64,000 nt of DNA from Anaerolineales bacterium (lineage in GTDB: Bacteria; Chloroflexota; Anaerolineae; Anaerolineales; E44-bin32): NCBI GenBank assembly GCA_029210945.1, contig JARGGH010000004.1, positions 50,454 to 114,453 of the forward strand, read 5' to 3'. Made by a program: the position numbers and the translations under genes. Under the pieces are notes generated by a model. The model searched no databases. It had not been told where the DNA came from and worked only from the letters and a program-made list of their open reading frames with translations. The first letter of the stretch is position 1, and the number at the start of each line of letters is the position of its first letter. This document shows, piece after piece, positions 19,750 to 29,006 of this stretch.

Positions 19750-20664
19750 TTAACCGTCGACGAGTTCGCCGAAAACGACGATACGTTCGGTATCGACCAG
19801 GTAGGGGTAGCAGGAGATCAACGTCACGGTCGCCTTGGCGGTCGGCGACATCACGTTCACTTCGGTCGGGCTGACGATGCGCATGCCGGTCACGCGGTAG
19901 ACGTACTCCTGCATGGACGTCTGAACCCGGATTTCATCGCCGGGTTTGAGCTTATCCAGATCCCGGAACAGTTCGCCGAAGATGTCGTTATGAGCCGAGA
20001 GCACCATGTTGCCATTGCTGCCCGGATCGGCGGACCCGATATGCTGGCCAACCCCCTTCTTGAGCTGCTCCCACCCATCGCCCTGGACGACCGGCGCGGC
20101 GTCATTCCATAGTTTGGGGATGAAGATGCTGCGTGCCTGGGCTGGACCAGGAGTGGGCACGGAGAGCCCCGGCATCGATTGCACGATCGGGCGCAAATGC
20201 TCAGGAATTTCGGCCTCGTTCGGGCGGGCTCCACCAGGATCTGTCGGCGGGGTGTGGCCAGAGGGCAGCACGACCGCGGTGATCAGCGGAGTCGGCGACG
20301 CCTGACCAACCGAGAGCACTTCGGCGACCTCAGCGTTCAGCTGGCGCAGTGCCCCGGCACCGCTCAGCAGGATGTACGCGAACCCCACGACGGCCAGGAC
20401 TTCGACCGTGAGCAAAACGCGGTTGAACCACACCTTGCGTTTTCCATTGGTCTCCTCAGCCAGTTCCGTCTTCTGGCTCACACCCAGGGCATCCTCACGA
20501 CCGAGCTGAATTTCGGCATCCTCGCCGGCCTCAACCTGCAGGACGCGACCACTTCGGCGGAGTTGATCCAATCGACCCCGCCGTGCTTCGCGTTTCTTGC
20601 GCGCCAGGAGGATTTCTAACTCCTGGATGCTCAAATCTTTTGCAGGTCTTCGGTCATGCGCCAT
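19750..20664 (-). CDS. sortase family transpeptidase (class E-like) with charged N-terminal cytoplasmic extension and one TM helix
   Basis: Catalytic His (LSAHND), TLxTC Cys motif (VTLISCYPY) and a downstream Arg (DTERIVVFG). TM helix VLLTVEVLAVVGFAYILL. Confidence 0.75.
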   Translation of the reverse strand: MAHDRRPAKDLSIQELEILLARKKREARRGRLDQLRRSGRVLQVEAGEDAEIQLGREDALGVSQKTELAEETNGKRKVWFNRVLLTVEVLAVVGFAYILLSGAGALRQLNAEVAEVLSVGQASPTPLITAVVLPSGHTPPTDPGGARPNEAEIPEHLRPIVQSMPGLSVPTPGPAQARSIFIPKLWNDAAPVVQGDGWEQLKKGVGQHIGSADPGSNGNMVLSAHNDIFGELFRDLDKLKPGDEIRVQTSMQEYVYRVTGMRIVSPTEVNVMSPTAKATVTLISCYPYLVDTERIVVFGELVDG

Positions 20665-20875
20665 GTGGCTTTACCAGAACCGGTGAACTCGTGCCGGTTC
20701 GACACTCAGATGTTGCAGGATAAATGCCATCTCCCGCACTCCGGCGATTATACACGAAGGGTCAGAAGCGGCAGGGTTAGCCGGATATTAAGGTTGCTGT
20801 CCTTCATCGCCTAATGTATAAAACCATCACCGACGGCAAAAACGCCCTGCCCGTCTCCATGATTACGAGGTGACC

Positions 20876-22048
20876 ATGAACTACCGCTATGCCATCATTG
20901 GTTCCGGCCGTCAGGGTACGGCGGCCGCCTACGATCTCGGCAAGTTTGGCGAAGCCGAACACCTGCTCATGATCGATTCGGATCCGGAACAAGCCCGAAG
21001 CGCCGCCGGGAGAATAAACAGTCTGCTCGGGACAGATCTGGCCGAAGCACAGACCCTCGACGCCGGCGACGTCGATGCCGTCGCCACGTCACTCGAAGAA
21101 CATCGGATTGACGCCATCCTGAGCGGCACCCCGTATTTTCTGAACCTCGGGCTCACACGCGCCGCGATCCAAGCAGGTGCCGGCATGACCGACCTCGGCG
21201 GCAACAGCCAGGTGGTGCAGGACCAGCTGGCACTCGATCCACAAGCGCGTGCCGCAGGCGTCGCCATCGTCCCGGACTGCGGGCTCGGGCCCGGCATGAC
21301 GACCACGCTCGCACTCTACGCCATGGAACAGCTCGATGACCCCCGGGAAGTGTTTATCTGGGATTGCGGTTTGCCCCAGAACCCCGAACCGCCCTGGAAC
21401 TACCGCCTCACGTTCAGCATCGAAGGGCTGACCAATGAATACTACGGCGATTGTCTCTTTATCCGTGACGGGAAGACGACAGCCGTTCCGGCACTCGAAG
21501 AGCTGGAACTGCTCGACTTCCCCGAACCGATCGGGACACTCGAAGCGTTTACAACATCCGGTGGGTTGACCACGGCAGCAGATTCACTGACCGGGCAGTT
21601 GAAGACTCTGCAAAATAAGACCATGCGCTACCCGGGCCATTTTGAAGCTCTGAAAGTTATCCAGAGGCTGGGCTTGCTTGAACCCGACCCGGTGATCATA
21701 GAGGGTCAGCAAGTTAGTCCGCGATCGGTGCTGCATGCCCTCTGGGAACCGCAGATCCGCGCCGACGAGGACACTCGGGACCTGGCGATCATCCGCGTTC
21801 TCGCCAAAGGCAATAAGGCCGGTGAACCGGCGCATGCCCGGGTTGATCTTTACCTCTACTACGACGAAGAAACCGGCTTCAGCGCGATGGAAATGGGCAC
21901 GGGTTGGCACGCTGCCATCCTGACACATGCGGTTGCCTCTGGAACTGTGCCGGCAGGCGCGGTCCCATTGGAAAAAGCGATGGGCGGCTCGACCTTCGTC
22001 CGCGAGGCCGCGAAGCGTGGATTCGACGTCCAGCTGACGGTGAAATAA
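20876..22048 (+). CDS. saccharopine dehydrogenase-like NAD(P)-binding oxidoreductase
   Basis: Rossmann motif IIGSGRQGTAAA. Sacchrp_dh N- and C-domain-like. RBS gagg 5 nt upstream of the ATG; the track start at 20870 is a GTG alternative. Confidence 0.7.
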   Translation: MNYRYAIIGSGRQGTAAAYDLGKFGEAEHLLMIDSDPEQARSAAGRINSLLGTDLAEAQTLDAGDVDAVATSLEEHRIDAILSGTPYFLNLGLTRAAIQAGAGMTDLGGNSQVVQDQLALDPQARAAGVAIVPDCGLGPGMTTTLALYAMEQLDDPREVFIWDCGLPQNPEPPWNYRLTFSIEGLTNEYYGDCLFIRDGKTTAVPALEELELLDFPEPIGTLEAFTTSGGLTTAADSLTGQLKTLQNKTMRYPGHFEALKVIQRLGLLEPDPVIIEGQQVSPRSVLHALWEPQIRADEDTRDLAIIRVLAKGNKAGEPAHARVDLYLYYDEETGFSAMEMGTGWHAAILTHAVASGTVPAGAVPLEKAMGGSTFVREAAKRGFDVQLTVK

Positions 22049-22078
22049 ACGGACACCCTGGCACACCCGATCGTGCCT

Positions 22079-22126
22079 GAAACAAACAGTCCCGGGCTCA
22101 GATTTTCGCCCGGGACTGTTTGTTTC
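22079..22126. terminator. 18-bp perfect-stem hairpin; bidirectional terminator between convergent genes
   Basis: gaaacaaacagtcccgggc-tcagattttc-gcccgggactgtttgtttc, lying between the convergent genes ending at 22048 (+) and 22140 (-). Confidence 0.6.
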
Positions 22127-22139
22127 GGCATGCGGGCCG

Positions 22140-22487
22140 TTATGGCAGCAGGCCGTCCACATCCCCATTGATGACCATCTGCATCCGCAGCACCAACCGC
22201 TCCATCTGCTCGTGTGCGGCTTTCAGCTTCTTCAACGGCCCATCCGTCCCGGTCCCGAGCGTATCGCGGATGCCGCGCATCTGCGGGATCAACACGCCAT
22301 CGATGTATTTGAGCGCTTCTTCAGCCGAATCAAAATCCTTATCATGTGAGTATCGCAGCAGCGTGACATACTCAACCAGATCCTCCGTCACAGCCTCGAT
22401 CGCCGCCTCTAGCTCGGCAACAGACTTCAACTGCTCCCGCACACGTTCCAGCGCGTCCAATGTTTCGGGAAAGGTTAACATCGACAA
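22140..22487 (-). CDS. hypothetical protein (115 aa, acidic, helical)
   Basis: ORF with an upstream ggggg RBS-like stretch. I recognise no family. Confidence 0.4.
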   Translation of the reverse strand: MSMLTFPETLDALERVREQLKSVAELEAAIEAVTEDLVEYVTLLRYSHDKDFDSAEEALKYIDGVLIPQMRGIRDTLGTGTDGPLKKLKAAHEQMERLVLRMQMVINGDVDGLLP

Positions 22488-22621
22488 CCCCCTCTCAGCG
22501 TGGCCAGCCGCATTGAAGTTAAGTGCTCTCCGAATCCCGCACGATGACCAATCATAGCGTTAATCGTGATAACAGGTAAATGCCCAATTTGTTACCCGTT
22601 CAGCGATGATGGTAGGGAACA

Positions 22622-23173
22622 TCACGTCCCCTCATAGGCTTCAGGTTTCAATTCTGCGATAAACGGAAGCGTGCGGTGTTTGTCTGCAAAGTCCAGCCCG
22701 TACCCGACGACCCATACATCAGGGATGCTGAACCCAAGATAGTCGATCGGCACGTCCAGAGCATCGCGTTCCTTCTGCAACAGCACACAGGTGCGCAGTG
22801 TCGCCGGCCGCCGTCCCAGCAAGGTCTTATAGAGATAGGATAGGGTGTGCCCGCTGTCGACGATATCCTCGATAAGCAGGATGTTGCGGTCTTCAATCGG
22901 TTCACGCAGGTCCATCAGGATACGGACCGCACCGGTCGTCGTCGTCGTCTGACCGTAGCTCGATAGCGCCATGAAATCGACGATGTGAGGGACCTCCAAT
23001 TTTCTTGCCAGGTCGGCGAGAAAAATAAAAGCCCCTTTGAGGATGCCGATCATGTAAAGATCATCGCTGTCCGAATAGTCACGTGTAATTTGATCGGCCA
23101 GTTCTACTACGCGCTCCTGCAGTTTCTCCTCGGAGATCAGGACGCGTGCAAGATCCGGGTAAATGTCTCCCAT
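22622..23173 (-). CDS. hpt: hypoxanthine-guanine phosphoribosyltransferase
   Basis: PRPP-binding motif LLIEDIVDSGHTL and the conserved N-terminus of the HGPRT family. Confidence 0.9.
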   Translation of the reverse strand: MGDIYPDLARVLISEEKLQERVVELADQITRDYSDSDDLYMIGILKGAFIFLADLARKLEVPHIVDFMALSSYGQTTTTTGAVRILMDLREPIEDRNILLIEDIVDSGHTLSYLYKTLLGRRPATLRTCVLLQKERDALDVPIDYLGFSIPDVWVVGYGLDFADKHRTLPFIAELKPEAYEGT

Positions 23174-23288
23174 AGCTACCTACTCTCTCTGGGGGTCTGC
23201 ACTTCATAACCTCGTCTGGTTGAATTCTATCGACCTTCTGCCCGGCGCACAAATGTGAACGCCTTCCGGCTGAAGACAGATGCGACCA

Positions 23289-24641
23289 TCAAGCCCCGCC
23301 GCCAGTCCCCTGCTCCACCGCAGCATGCGCATCAATCCAGCGTACATACGCTTCGCACACATCCACCGTCGCGGCGAGCACATCTTCACGGATGATGTCG
23401 ATCGTATCTTCCGGCGTGTGGACATGCTCGATGTCGAATTGGGCCGGATCGGGGACGCGCAGGAGAAATGCCAGCGCGCGAGCCGGCCAGCTCAACTTCT
23501 TCGGGTTTTCGCGCAGCAGGGAGACGGCTTTTGAGAACCCCCTCTCGGCCCACTCGGCATGGTCCGAACTCCCACCCGAAATGGGCGATTCCCAGCTGCG
23601 CAGGTAAGCCACATCAAGCGCCTCGCAAATATCAATCAGCGCTGTTACGATCTCCGGGTCGGTCTTCCGGCGGAACATGACCCCCTGTCCGGTGTGGATC
23701 AACAGCTTCTCGCCGACACCGACGACGTCGGCGTTAACGATGTAGGTGCTGCCCTTATCGAGCCGTCCGCCGTACTGGCGTACAAACTGCCGCGATCCGT
23801 ACAGACCGAGCTCCTCGGCACCCCAGAACGCGAAAAACGTCTCCAGGTTGGCTGGTGGGGACTTCTTAAGCCGCTCGATCATCTCCAGCACCAGGGCCAC
23901 TCCCGAGCCGTTATCGTCCGCGCCCGGGCTGTCGCCGTGCTCGCGCAGGAGCAGATCAAGGATGTAGATCGTGATCAGGAGGAGCTGGGGTACGAATACG
24001 GCGACCATGATCCAGTAGCCGACCTTTATCCAGAACGTTGAAAGTGCCGTGAGCGCCTGCGATCCCACTCCGAAGAGCATATCCAGAAGGTTGAACACGC
24101 TCATCAGGAACAGCACGGCAAACAAGGTCAGCATTGTCATCGAAAGCAGCGGGCCTACAGATCTCATCTTCTTGATCATGCGCACAATCCAGCGCGGTAG
24201 GTTCTGGGGCGTATCGTAGTGGGCGCAGATCAGCAGCGTTGGCCTTTGCGGCTCATCGAGGTGCTCTGAAAATGGTTTCTCCAGACTGGCGAGGATGTTC
24301 TGGCTCCTGGTGCGGGCCAGCCGCAGCATCAGCCGGGGGTGGAGGCGGCTGGAGTAAAGCTGGTGGAGGACCACACCGCCGAGCACGATGATCGAATCCA
24401 GTTGCCGGCTGAAGAGCAAGAAGACGAACAGCGCCATGTTGCGCACCCAGGCGATCGCGTAGCGAACCAGTGGGCTCCCCAGGAAGGCGTACTCGCGCTC
24501 CTCCGCCAGAACACCCACCTCGCCCAGCACCCCAAGCAGCCATGCCCTGGCGCGCGCCTCCCCTGGCGTCCCCGCCCGCCTGGGACCGACTTCCGATTGA
24601 AGCCGCCGTAGATAACCGATCGCATCCATGCCATCCATCAT
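23289..24641 (-). CDS. M28-family zinc peptidase with a multi-TM insertion between its metal-ligand motifs
   Basis: CAHYDT...DDNGSGVALVLE...WGAEELGLYGS...DH motifs; three hydrophobic helices lie between HYD and DDNGSG. Confidence 0.7.
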   Translation of the reverse strand: MMDGMDAIGYLRRLQSEVGPRRAGTPGEARARAWLLGVLGEVGVLAEEREYAFLGSPLVRYAIAWVRNMALFVFLLFSRQLDSIIVLGGVVLHQLYSSRLHPRLMLRLARTRSQNILASLEKPFSEHLDEPQRPTLLICAHYDTPQNLPRWIVRMIKKMRSVGPLLSMTMLTLFAVLFLMSVFNLLDMLFGVGSQALTALSTFWIKVGYWIMVAVFVPQLLLITIYILDLLLREHGDSPGADDNGSGVALVLEMIERLKKSPPANLETFFAFWGAEELGLYGSRQFVRQYGGRLDKGSTYIVNADVVGVGEKLLIHTGQGVMFRRKTDPEIVTALIDICEALDVAYLRSWESPISGGSSDHAEWAERGFSKAVSLLRENPKKLSWPARALAFLLRVPDPAQFDIEHVHTPEDTIDIIREDVLAATVDVCEAYVRWIDAHAAVEQGTGGGA

Positions 24642-24736
24642 CCTTTACTAGCATTCAACAACGCGCCTGGCACGACGACATAACGTTAGGCCTTTTTATC
24701 TCGACATGCAAGAATGCTGAAAGTTTTTTTGCGAAC

Positions 24737-25609
24737 CTACGCCCACCGTCGCGGTCGGAACTGCAGCGCCTCGGCGAGATGGGTGGTCGCAATCTGGTCT
24801 TCACCCGCCAGGTCGGCGATCGTGCGCGCCAGCTTGAGTACGCGGTGGTAGCCGCGCGCCGAAAGGCCGATCTGCTTCATCGCTTGCCGGATGAGGGCTT
24901 TTCCGGTTTCGTCGGGGGAGGCGTAGAGGCCGATCTCTCCTGGCCCCATGTCGGCGTTGCACGCCAGCGGAGTGCCGTCGAAGCGGCCGTGCTGGCGCTC
25001 GCGGGCGCCTTCGACGCGCTCCCGCACCGCGGCGGAAGGCTCGCCCGCCCGGTCGGAGGACAGCTTCTCGAAATCGACGCGCGGCACCTCGACGTGGATG
25101 TCGATGCGATCGAGCAATGGGCCTGAGATGCGTTTCTGGTAGCGCGTGACCGTCGCCGGCGTGCAGGTGCACTCCCGTTTCGTATCGCCGAAGTAGCCGC
25201 ACGGGCAGGGGTTCATCGAAGCCACAAGCATGAAATTCGCCGGGAACGAGAGCGAGCCGCGCGCCCGGCTGATCGTGACGATCTTGTCCTCCAACGGCTG
25301 ACGCATGACCTCCAGCACCTGGCGGCCGAATTCGGGCAGCTCGTCAAGGAAGAGCACCCCCCGGTGGGCGAGCGAAATCTCGCCCGGGCGGGGCCAGTTT
25401 CCGCCGCCCACCAGGCCGGCGTTCGAGATTGTGTGATGGGGGGCCCGGAACGGGCGCGTTCGAATGAGCGGGGAATCCGGCGGCAGCTGGTCGGCGACGG
25501 AGTAGACGCGGGTCACATCGAGCGCTTCATCGAAGCGCATCGAGGGCAGGATCGAGGGCAAGGCACGCGCCAGCAGAGTCTTTCCCGCACCCGGGGGGCC
25601 GGTCATCAA
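24737..25609 (-). pseudogene. comM: comM/yifB (Mg-chelatase-like AAA+ competence protein) 3' fragment; the gene is interrupted by an insertion
   Basis: Translation begins inside the Walker A box (LMTGPPGAGKTLLARALP) and continues through the C-terminal Mg_chelatase_C region. There is an in-frame stop immediately upstream. The matching 5' half lies at 27752-28450. Confidence 0.8.
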
Positions 25610-26844
25610 CGTGACGTGATCGACTGCCTTTCACGCGGCGGATCGAACCATCCCTCTAGCCAGAGCTCCCCTTCTTCCGGAATGAATACTCGGACGTGCA
25701 GGAGCTCGAGAATCTTCCGCTTTTCCGGGGGAGAGAGGTCATCAGCTCCCTCGAGCTGCTCCCTGACCTCGCCGGCGAACGCCTCGATCGTCTCAAACTC
25801 TGGCGGAGCTGCCACTGACGCAAGCTGAGTGCGGATCTCATCGATCTCAGCGTCAAGCGTTTTCAGTTCATCCTCGATCGCTGTACGCTGCTGCAAATAT
25901 TCCGTCTTGGTCAACTGGATATCCGGATCGAGATAGGCGGTCATCAGGTTAGCCCCCTTCTTCTCGTGCTTCTGACGAGCTCGCTCGAGGGTCTCCAGCC
26001 GAAGCCTCTGCCGCTTGGTCGTAGCCTGCTGCTGCTCGAGCGATTCCTCATAGCCTTTCCGGAGGTTGTCCGGATCGAGCAGGACTTCGACAATCCGGCT
26101 CCAGACGACCGGGTCGACCTTGCGAGCCGATATGATCCGGTTCCTGCAATGACCCTCCCTCGACCGGTGCCGATACTGTGGAGCGTCGTTCTTCCGCCTG
26201 TGTTTGCCTGCCTTCTGCGTCTGGCAAGCGTAAGGACGGCCGCAATCGGGGCAGTAGACCATTCCACTCAGGAGGTAGAAGCGGCGAGGCTCCTGGCGGC
26301 GTACAGCCTTGTTGCGACGGAGCTTTTCCTGCACTTCTCGGAAGATCCGAGGATCAACGATCGGCGTCGTGTCGATCGGGATCCACTTCTCTCTGGCTCG
26401 CTGTTCTCGATCCTTCCCATTGCGCTTTGATTTGTTGTAGTAATTAGTACCGATATAGGTCTCGTTTCGGAGAATCTTCGTGATCGTCGACTTCCCCCAG
26501 GAGGACCGGCCAGTCGGCGAGGGGATATCATCATCTGTCAGGTGCTCTGCAATCCCCCGGATCGATAAACCTTCTCGAGCGTAGAGCTCGAAGATGTACC
26601 GGATGACATCGGCCTCATCCTCGACCACAGCCAGGCCGGCGGGAGCCTCCTCATCGAGTTCGTATCCGTACGGAGCTCGACCGCCGACGAATTTCCCCCG
26701 CTCCGCTTTCCCCCGCTTCCCGCGGAGTGATCGCTCTACTCGCTTGAGATTCTCCCATTTTGCAAAGGTTGCATCGAGATCCTTCCGAACCTCCCCCTCC
26801 GGAGAAGCAGGTTTCTCTAAACCGATTGTGAGGGCTTCGATCGA
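25606..26844 (-). pseudogene. large serine recombinase lacking its N-terminal catalytic (resolvase) domain
   Basis: The recombinase domain, Zn-ribbon (YCPDCGRPYAC...C) and coiled-coil are present. The open frame extends upstream only to 26844 (…DLDATFAKWENLKRVERSLRGKRGKAERGKFVGGRAPYGY, an alpha-E/linker remnant). A stop follows there and no Ser-nucleophile region appears in any frame. The stop codon overlaps the comM junction. Confidence 0.75.
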
Positions 26845-26991
26845 TCATCGGGAGAGCGGCCTCCTCTGTTGTTGTTCATCCTGGTAGGCTCCTCTCCTCG
26901 TCTCGGGGGATGATCTTCCGTGGTCTCTCTTCGTCGATCTCTTAGCTCCAACAGGAGCATATAGACGGACGCCAGGGGGGAAGGAGAACGA

Positions 26992-27198
26992 CTAATTCGC
27001 ATCGCCGCTCTCCTGAAAAACCGATATCGGCTCGACGGATTCGATGAGTTCGTTTCCCCTTTGATGGATTGCTTCCCTGATGAGAAAATGCAAATGATCC
27101 CGAGGGGTGCGATCGGAGGCTTTCGCGTCAAGCGCAAGAAATTCTGCCTCCCTCGGAAGGAGGCTGATCATCACTCGGATGGACCTCTCCTCAACCAT
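26992..27198 (-). CDS. ribbon-helix-helix (CopG/Arc-like) DNA-binding protein
   Basis: 68 aa with an N-terminal beta-strand plus two helices pattern (IRVMISLLPREAEFLALDAKASDRTPRDHLHFLIREAI). Immediately upstream of the recombinase remnant. Confidence 0.5.
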   Translation of the reverse strand: MVEERSIRVMISLLPREAEFLALDAKASDRTPRDHLHFLIREAIHQRGNELIESVEPISVFQESGDAN

Positions 27199-27280
27199 GT
27201 ACTTAAGATCCCACAGATCGGAGGGACAAAAAAGACCCCAAATTTCTTTGGGGTCATGATTTGCTTGAGTATTCAGGTGT

Positions 27281-27631
27281 CTATTGATCCAAGCGGTTTA
27301 TCGCCCTTTTCACACCCTTGCGTATCGTCTTCTTAGGATCCTCATAGAATTGCGCCCCAGGTTTGTTCCGAAAGATATCTTCAACAACTGCATTAAGATC
27401 CCTATCACCATAAACCACCTGTTTTGCTCCCCACTCATACCATTTATCTCGCGGTCGTCCTGGTCCGGATTGAGGGGGATCCCACTCAGGCCAGAATCGA
27501 ACTATCCCCGCCTTCTGCTCGGCCTCAAGAAACTCAATTACAGCGTGCTCTTTCGGAGTTGTCTCAAGAGGCTCGTTGGGTCCCTTCTTCCATTCGAGCT
27601 TGCCTGAGATCCTTCCATCCGTAATATCCAT
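27281..27631 (-). CDS. hypothetical protein (116 aa) in low-GC DNA
   Basis: ORF in a ~45% GC segment. Trp-rich (FWPEWDPPQSGPGRPRDKWYEWGAKQ). I recognise no family. Confidence 0.4.
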   Translation of the reverse strand: MDITDGRISGKLEWKKGPNEPLETTPKEHAVIEFLEAEQKAGIVRFWPEWDPPQSGPGRPRDKWYEWGAKQVVYGDRDLNAVVEDIFRNKPGAQFYEDPKKTIRKGVKRAINRLDQ

Positions 27632-27751
27632 AACAAAGCCGCCTTGCAGTCGATGCAGGCGGCTGTATAATTACCTTTGCCATGCCGCCATCATCGGCTG
27701 GCCATAGCCGGGAGCCCTACGCTCGCCGGCTTTTCTCTGCGTGATTATAGA

Positions 27752-28450
27752 CTACCGAACCGCAAACTCCAAGCTGAGTGTGAATGGCTGTCGTTCAATC
27801 CATGAAACGTTGTGCCCGCCCGCAGCCGCCACTTCCAGCGCGCGCTTGGCATGCTCCTGCCCTTTTACATCCTGAAAATCGAGCGGCCATTCAAAGTCAA
27901 CGTCGGTCAGTGAAACCGAGTCGACCGGTTCAAGCGGGACGACGCCTGTCAGGTGATTGACCAGCGCGGTGAGATTCTCAACCGGGTAAACCGTGAGACC
28001 CTCCACGACCGCCGCTTCCGGCGCGTCATCGGCGGGGACGTACATCGCCTCCACGCCGTGGTCCCTGGCCTGGACCGCCATGGGCAGCACGCCGCGAATG
28101 TGGCGCACGGTGCCGTCGAGTGACAGCTCCCCGACCGCCATGATATCCCTCAGCCAATCACGCTTGATTTGCCCGCTGGCAGCCAGCACACCCAGCGCGA
28201 TGGGCAGGTCATAGGCCGGGCCTTCTTTGCGCAGGTCAGCTGGTGCGAGGTTGACGATCACACGCCCGCGCGGGAAGATCAAGCCGGCGTTCTTAATTGC
28301 CGCCATGACCCGTTCTTTGCTTTCCTGAACGGCAGCATCCGGCAGCCCTACGATCGGGAAGGAGGGGAGCCCGCGCGCTGTGTCCACTTCCACTTCGACG
28401 ATCTCCCCCTCCAGCCCAACGACGGCTGCAGCGTGGACCCGTGCGAGCAT
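27752..28450 (-). pseudogene. comM: comM/yifB 5' fragment (Lon-like/ChlI N-domain up to just before Walker A)
   Basis: MLARVHAAAVVGLEG...FQDVKGQEHAKRALEVAAAGGHNV, then 17 unrelated residues and a stop. Confidence 0.8.
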
Positions 28451-28627
28451 GTCTGAAGTCTACGCCCGGAAGGGTAAAAGGTCAAACGATGAAAAAACAG
28501 CAATTTGCGTAACGGCCCACGGCTTACAGCATCCTGGGGCTCACTTCCCCCCATCTGACTGACGACATGTAATAATTGGAATAATGTGTGTATGATTGCC
28601 GCATGACTTATCTCTCATCTTGCCGAA

Positions 28628-29005
28628 TTGACAGATATGTATGATAGTATGTACCATGCAGTAGCTAGGAGGGTAGGGGGTTTTCCCTCGAGTATGGTCA
28701 ATGATGACGATATCTTCATCTTTACTGCGCAAGACCCAAGAGGAATTAACGTACGATGTACGGAAAATCGTTGGGTCAATCACATCTTAGACAGTCATCC
28801 TTTTCTGTATGGATGGGAGGATGATGTCAGAAAAACCATTGAGCACCCCCATTTTATAGGTGAAGATGCAACTTTTCCAGACCGACAGGTGTATTATCGC
28901 CGAGATGGTCGCAGGTATATTAAAGTCGTTATAAGAGTGGCAGATGATACAAATGCCGAGGTGTGGCATATCTCACAGACTCGGGAAAATCTGGTGAGAC
29001 AATAA
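28628..29005 (+). CDS. hypothetical protein, DUF4258-like (candidate toxin of a two-gene module)
   Basis: 125 aa in a low-GC islet. It ends in a hydrophobic strand (RYIKVVIRVADD). Family assignment is from memory and tentative. Confidence 0.4.
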   Translation: MTDMYDSMYHAVARRVGGFPSSMVNDDDIFIFTAQDPRGINVRCTENRWVNHILDSHPFLYGWEDDVRKTIEHPHFIGEDATFPDRQVYYRRDGRRYIKVVIRVADDTNAEVWHISQTRENLVRQ

Positions 29006-29006
29006 T

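Larger units (their letters stand above)
25622..27806 (-). mobile_element. ~2.2-kb insertion in comM: decayed integrative element (recombinase remnant + RHH + orphan ORF)
   Basis: comM homology stops at about 25621 and resumes at about 27807 with no loss of comM codons. An ACGT(T) motif lies at both junctions. The right part (27200-27650) is low-GC. Confidence 0.55.

Noticed and set aside
20665-20875. Hairpin gaaccgg-tgaactcgtg-ccggttc upstream of the sortase gene
   Set aside because: It is a short stem with no U-tract and lies upstream (not downstream) of both flanking genes. It could be a regulatory stem, but there is no supporting evidence.
26961-26975. Shared 11-mer catatagacgg here and at 36911-36921, near the TA cassette
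   Set aside because: Hundreds of 11-mer coincidences are expected by chance in 64 kb. There is no extended similarity.
26651-27137. Two track ORFs (26651..26848 and 26817..27137, minus strand) that might have encoded the missing resolvase catalytic domain out of frame
   Set aside because: Neither translation has resolvase features: no Ser nucleophile block, and Arg/Ser/Pro-rich. They are alternative frames of the recombinase remnant and RHH region.
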